From assembly GCA_029838195.1 (NCBI GenBank), contig JALGVJ010000012.1:32001-96000 (forward strand): a stretch of 64,000 bases of DNA, read 5' to 3'. Source of the DNA: Promethearchaeota archaeon (lineage in GTDB: Archaea > Asgardarchaeota > Lokiarchaeia > Sigyniarchaeales > SOKP01). This document shows positions 63,306-64,000 of the stretch, in pieces. Position 1 is the stretch's first letter; each line of letters begins with the position of its first letter. Position numbers and translations under genes: made by a program. Under the pieces are notes generated by a model. That model worked only from the letters and a program-made list of their open reading frames with translations. It was not told the origin of the DNA and did not search any database.

Positions 63306-64000
63306 TCAATCTTTATTAATATACTTTACTTTAGCGCCATTATTATTTGGTTTCGATAGATAAATATGTTCTCCATTTCTCCCAAGTTTTTCCTCCACGG
63401 CTTTTTTGACTTCTAAAGCCTCTTCATCCGATTCGGTGATAGCAATTACACTCGGTCCGAACGATGACATAGCATGGGCTTTCGTTCCATATTCCTCAAA
63501 AAATGTAAGTAGATCTTTTACAATTTGATCTTGCATGCTAATTTCAATTTTTTTAAACCCGATATTTTGAATTCGTTTTAACCCTTGACCAAAACATTCC
63601 AAATCATTCTTGATAATCCCGGGTAAAATTTTCATAAGAATTTGATGAGATACTTCATTTACTTCTTCTTTTGGAATGGGAGTACAATTTTGGAAAATGC
63701 TAACTTCTTCATCTCCATATGCTCCTTTTTTCACATTAGGAATCACGAGAACAAAACGCCAATTTTCCGGTATGGGATATCTTAAAATCGTAAGTGCTGG
63801 ATTCGCATCTTGAGAAGCTGAGGAGGGCAGAAATGATTCTTTTTCTTTTCCTTTTCCAAAATCGTGGCCCGCATCCAAAATAAATCCGCCTTCTTCAAAT
63901 CCTTTCCATCCAATGCCTGATGTACCCCCTCTCCCTACGATTTTTGTTAACGTGCGAATGGAGATCTCTTTTTTTTTTAATATCGCAATCGCTAATGCTA
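63306..64000 (-). CDS. mptG: Beta-ribofuranosylaminobenzene 5'-phosphate (RFAP) synthase, 5'-truncated
   Basis: Frame is open to the window end. GRGGTSGIG..GF..GGFILDAGH and SSFGP (GHMP fold). Confidence 0.88.
   Translation of the reverse strand, partial: ALAIAILKKKEISIRTLTKIVGRGGTSGIGWKGFEEGGFILDAGHDFGKGKEKESFLPSSASQDANPALTILRYPIPENWRFVLVIPNVKKGAYGDEEVSIFQNCTPIPKEEVNEVSHQILMKILPGIIKNDLECFGQGLKRIQNIGFKKIEISMQDQIVKDLLTFFEEYGTKAHAMSSFGPSVIAITESDEEALEVKKAVEEKLGRNGEHIYLSKPNNNGAKVKYINKD

Overview
AT-rich archaeal chromosomal DNA, most likely from an Asgard archaeon of the Lokiarchaeia type. This is inferred from a longin-like protein, an MglA-like small GTPase, SCP2 proteins, archaeal cofactor genes and BHB-intron tRNAs. 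The window is mainly housekeeping and metabolism: a dispersed methanopterin/F420 pathway (RimK/MptN-like ligase, mptA, Rib7-type reductase, cofG, cofH, MptH-like synthase, DUF1464, DUF447, mptD, RFAP synthase), nucleotide-sanitising enzymes, an uncharacterised glycyl-radical enzyme with its activase, and GH127/DUF2961 glycosidases. Features the ORF track misses: two tRNAs with non-canonical introns (Asp-GUC, Arg-UCG); a 2.4-kb island bounded by a 105-bp duplication of an MFS gene's 3' end, carrying a TIGR04255-like protein and a PemK/MazF-like gene; three pseudogenes (U32 peptidase, mutY, PNPOx-like); partial genes at both window edges; strong enrichment of CATG/CACG/CGTG (CACGTG); and two same-polarity local GC-skew switches. 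No CRISPR array, rRNA, transposase or integrase was seen. All family calls come from motif recognition by eye, not from database searches.
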